Positions 63,271 to 64,000 of a stretch of DNA of 64,000 bases are shown here, in pieces. Source of the stretch: Octopus vulgaris. Its lineage: Eukaryota. Below the pieces are notes generated by a model. The model ran no database searches, had not been told where the DNA came from, and saw only the letters and a program-made list of their open reading frames with translations. The translations under genes and the position numbers were made by a program. The stretch is taken from positions 1,612,001 to 1,676,000 of the forward strand of contig CATOCA020000001.1 in NCBI GenBank assembly GCA_951406725.2. The letters are read 5' to 3'. Numbering within the stretch: position 1 is the stretch's first letter; every line of letters starts with the position of its first letter.

Positions 63271-63858
63271 TGCACATCCCCGCATGCACACACACACATA
63301 CAAAAAATAAAAACAATAAACAGTGCAACCCCCATGACTTTCAGAAATATTTTCCCCTGCTCACGATCGTTAGCTATCAGGACACCGCATGCTTCAGAAC
63401 ATTCCCTACTTCTTTTAACTTCCCCAACACTACACCTGATCTACCAATGCACCTTTTTTCCTCTTTATTACTCTTTAACTGTTCTCGTTTCTGTCATTCT
63501 CTTTCATTCTTTGTATTTTGCATGATCCAGCTTTCACTGCTGTCCTTACTTGACTAACTGCTGCTTCTTGTCCCCTCTTTAAACCTTTTCCAGTTAGTTG
63601 TAGTAGACCTGTGCTCTAAACATGATTACATGCAAAATAGAAAACATAAAGGTTTATCTTGCCATTGTCAGGAAATACTTACGGTGGTGGTAAAAAGGTT
63701 TTTAATTTTTCTTTCAAATTTGTGTCCTGAATAAGGTCCAGCGGAATCACATTCTTTCTATTTGGGTGGTAAAAGTTGGCTCCAAAATGAAATAGGTATG
63801 TAGCAACTACAGTGCTACAAGTCCTATTTCCCTGGGTCAGAGAGAGCTTAAAGGCACA
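50237..63858 (-). CDS. 3' portion of a multi-exon ankyrin repeat-RING(C3HC4)-death domain protein (MIB2-like E3 ubiquitin ligase type); 5' exons lie beyond the window
   Basis: Seven GT-AG exons with compatible phases: 63858-63683, 62768-62626, 61292-61242, 59209-59132, 58339-58283, 54118-54047 and 50440-50237. They give CAFKLSL..VVATYLFHFGANFYHPNRKNVIPLDLIQDTNLKEKLKTFLPPP/CTYC..PCEHIALCRDC..CPTC../linker/GFQKLDERYLLKLACQLGGNWWKV/GIFLGIKSIQLGIIRHDF... Confidence 0.85.
51362..53550 (+). mobile_element. Degenerate Ty3/Gypsy LTR retrotransposon in the last intron
   Basis: An LTR-like start TGATATGG lies at 51367. RNase H remnant RVERDASGFAIVASVNQGGRPI (~51880-51950); integrase zinc finger WHPGMTRMCDYVESKNIP (~52223); core YILTVVDEYSRFPFALPC (~52443). 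A purine tract GGCGGGAGAGAA is followed by TGATATGATTC..GTGTCCTCTATT (start of a diverged 3' LTR, ~53515). Confidence 0.8.
54047..54118 (-). CDS. Exon: death domain N-terminal part (72 nt, phase 1-1): GFQKLDERYLLKLACQLGGNWWKV
   Basis: Acceptor tttatttcag and donor gtgagt. Shows the typical death-domain start L...L..LA..LG..W..(V/L)G..LG, which continues into the next exon. Confidence 0.85.
54338..55560 (-). mobile_element. Mariner (DD34D, SETMAR/Mos1-like) transposase pseudogene
   Basis: HTH piece LSTVQKWTVEFRRRTESIEKDPMSGCP (55223-55408); catalytic pieces FIDYFQKG..HQDNDPAH..SPDLPPSDY (54498-54830). The left end TATGAAGGTCCGCTGAGAGTTTC is TIR-like. Confidence 0.9.
55590..57170 (-). mobile_element. 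Non-LTR retrotransposon remnant (HERO/R2-group-like RT)
   Basis: Minus-strand pieces read GQFRPVSILTVDDKI (cf. QFRPISLLNVEGKI), VQKADISGIRGYVEQ, VVWFDLANAYGSVP and VEKKPIKCLGQWY. Frameshifted. Confidence 0.8.
58283..58339 (-). CDS. Linker mini-exon 3 (57 nt, phase 1-1): ESPKSEDKCVQTEVASEEI
   Basis: Acceptor tttatttcag and donor gtgagt. Differs from mini-exon 2 by an in-frame 21-nt indel plus substitutions. Confidence 0.78.
58505..58882 (+). mobile_element. SINE-like repeat family C, 3' portion with (ATG)n tail
   Basis: Internal repeats of GGTGGCACGTAAAAAGCACC, then GGAGTGGTTGGCATTAGGAA, ending (ATG)n. A second copy lies at 62905-63195. Confidence 0.75.
59132..59209 (-). CDS. Linker mini-exon 2 (78 nt, phase 1-1): APKFEDRCVQTEAICQELGAASQAI
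   Basis: Acceptor tttatttcag and donor gtgagt; open; length is a multiple of 3. Confidence 0.78.
60877..61190 (+). mobile_element. tRNA-derived SINE (tRNA-Arg-like head), inserted next to mini-exon 1
   Basis: The head GGCCCAGTGGTTAGGGCAGTGGACTCGCGGTTGTAGGATCGCGGTTTCGATTCCC carries A and B boxes. It is flanked by an imperfect duplication, ATAAAATACTGTT / ATAAGGTACTGTT. Confidence 0.8.
61242..61292 (-). CDS. Linker mini-exon 1 (51 nt, phase 1-1): GSQNFKEKEAKMMAGAV
   Basis: Acceptor catatctcag and donor gtgagt; open; flanks homologous to the other mini-exons. Confidence 0.65.
62626..62768 (-). CDS. Exon: C3HC4 RING finger
   Basis: Acceptor ttttgttccacag and donor gtaaga; 143 nt, phase 2 to 1. 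Pattern C-x2-C-x11-C-x-H-x3-C-x2-C-x8-C-x2-C (within ORF 62609-62800). Confidence 0.92.
62905..63195 (+). mobile_element. SINE-like repeat family C, 3' portion with (ATG)n tail
   Basis: Reads GGTGGCACGTAAAAAGCACC...GGAGTGGTTGGCGTTAGGAAGGGCATCCAGCC...(ATG)n. Confidence 0.78.
63683..63858 (-). CDS. Exon: terminal ankyrin-like repeat and helix preceding the RING
   Basis: Acceptor catttgtag and donor gtaagt; 176 nt, phase 0 to 2; open throughout. Translation ..VVATYLFHFGANFYHPNRKNVIPLDLI.. fits the ankyrin pattern YL...GA....N....PLDL. Confidence 0.85.
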
Positions 63859-64000
63859 CTACAAATGATTAAACAATGGTAAGTTCAATAATACACAAAT
63901 ATATATTATAGATACAAAAAACATCATAGCTTCATGTCAAATATAAGAAATATAATGGAACAAATATCAAAATAATAAAATACAAAACAAATCAACAAAA

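Noticed and set aside
50237-63858. Assigning the gene symbol MIB2
   Set aside because: The MIB/HERC2 and ZZ domains are not in the window, and the death domain is not part of canonical MIB2, so orthology is unsupported.

Overview
This is AT-rich, microsatellite-dense animal genomic DNA. The SINE families look like those of Octopus/coleoid cephalopods (inference from recall, not a search). Almost all ORFs in the supplied track are microsatellite or repeat artefacts. (1) 1-~41,000 is a head-to-tail array of a 9-12.6 kb unit: three full copies plus partial copies at each end. It is built from SINEs, microsatellites, R4/Dong-like LINE remnants and older internally duplicated modules, and contains no convincing gene. 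(2) ~41,760-49,800 is transposon debris: a 13-copy 121-bp minisatellite made from the 3' end of a CR1-like LINE, an RTE-like piece, a decayed hAT/Buster transposase and two Helitron segments. (3) ~50,240-63,860 holds the 3' part of a minus-strand, intron-rich gene largely missed by the ORF track. It reads last ankyrin repeat, C3HC4 RING, three short phase-1 exons, then a death domain (an ankyrin-RING-death E3-ligase-like protein). Its introns carry Gypsy, mariner, HERO-like LINE and SINE insertions. The three linker mini-exons appear to be diverged duplicates of the first death-domain exon. The terminal exon has two apparent 1-nt frameshifts and lies between a young 206-bp inverted repeat pair. 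Transposon and repeat boundaries are approximate; exon boundaries were counted by hand.
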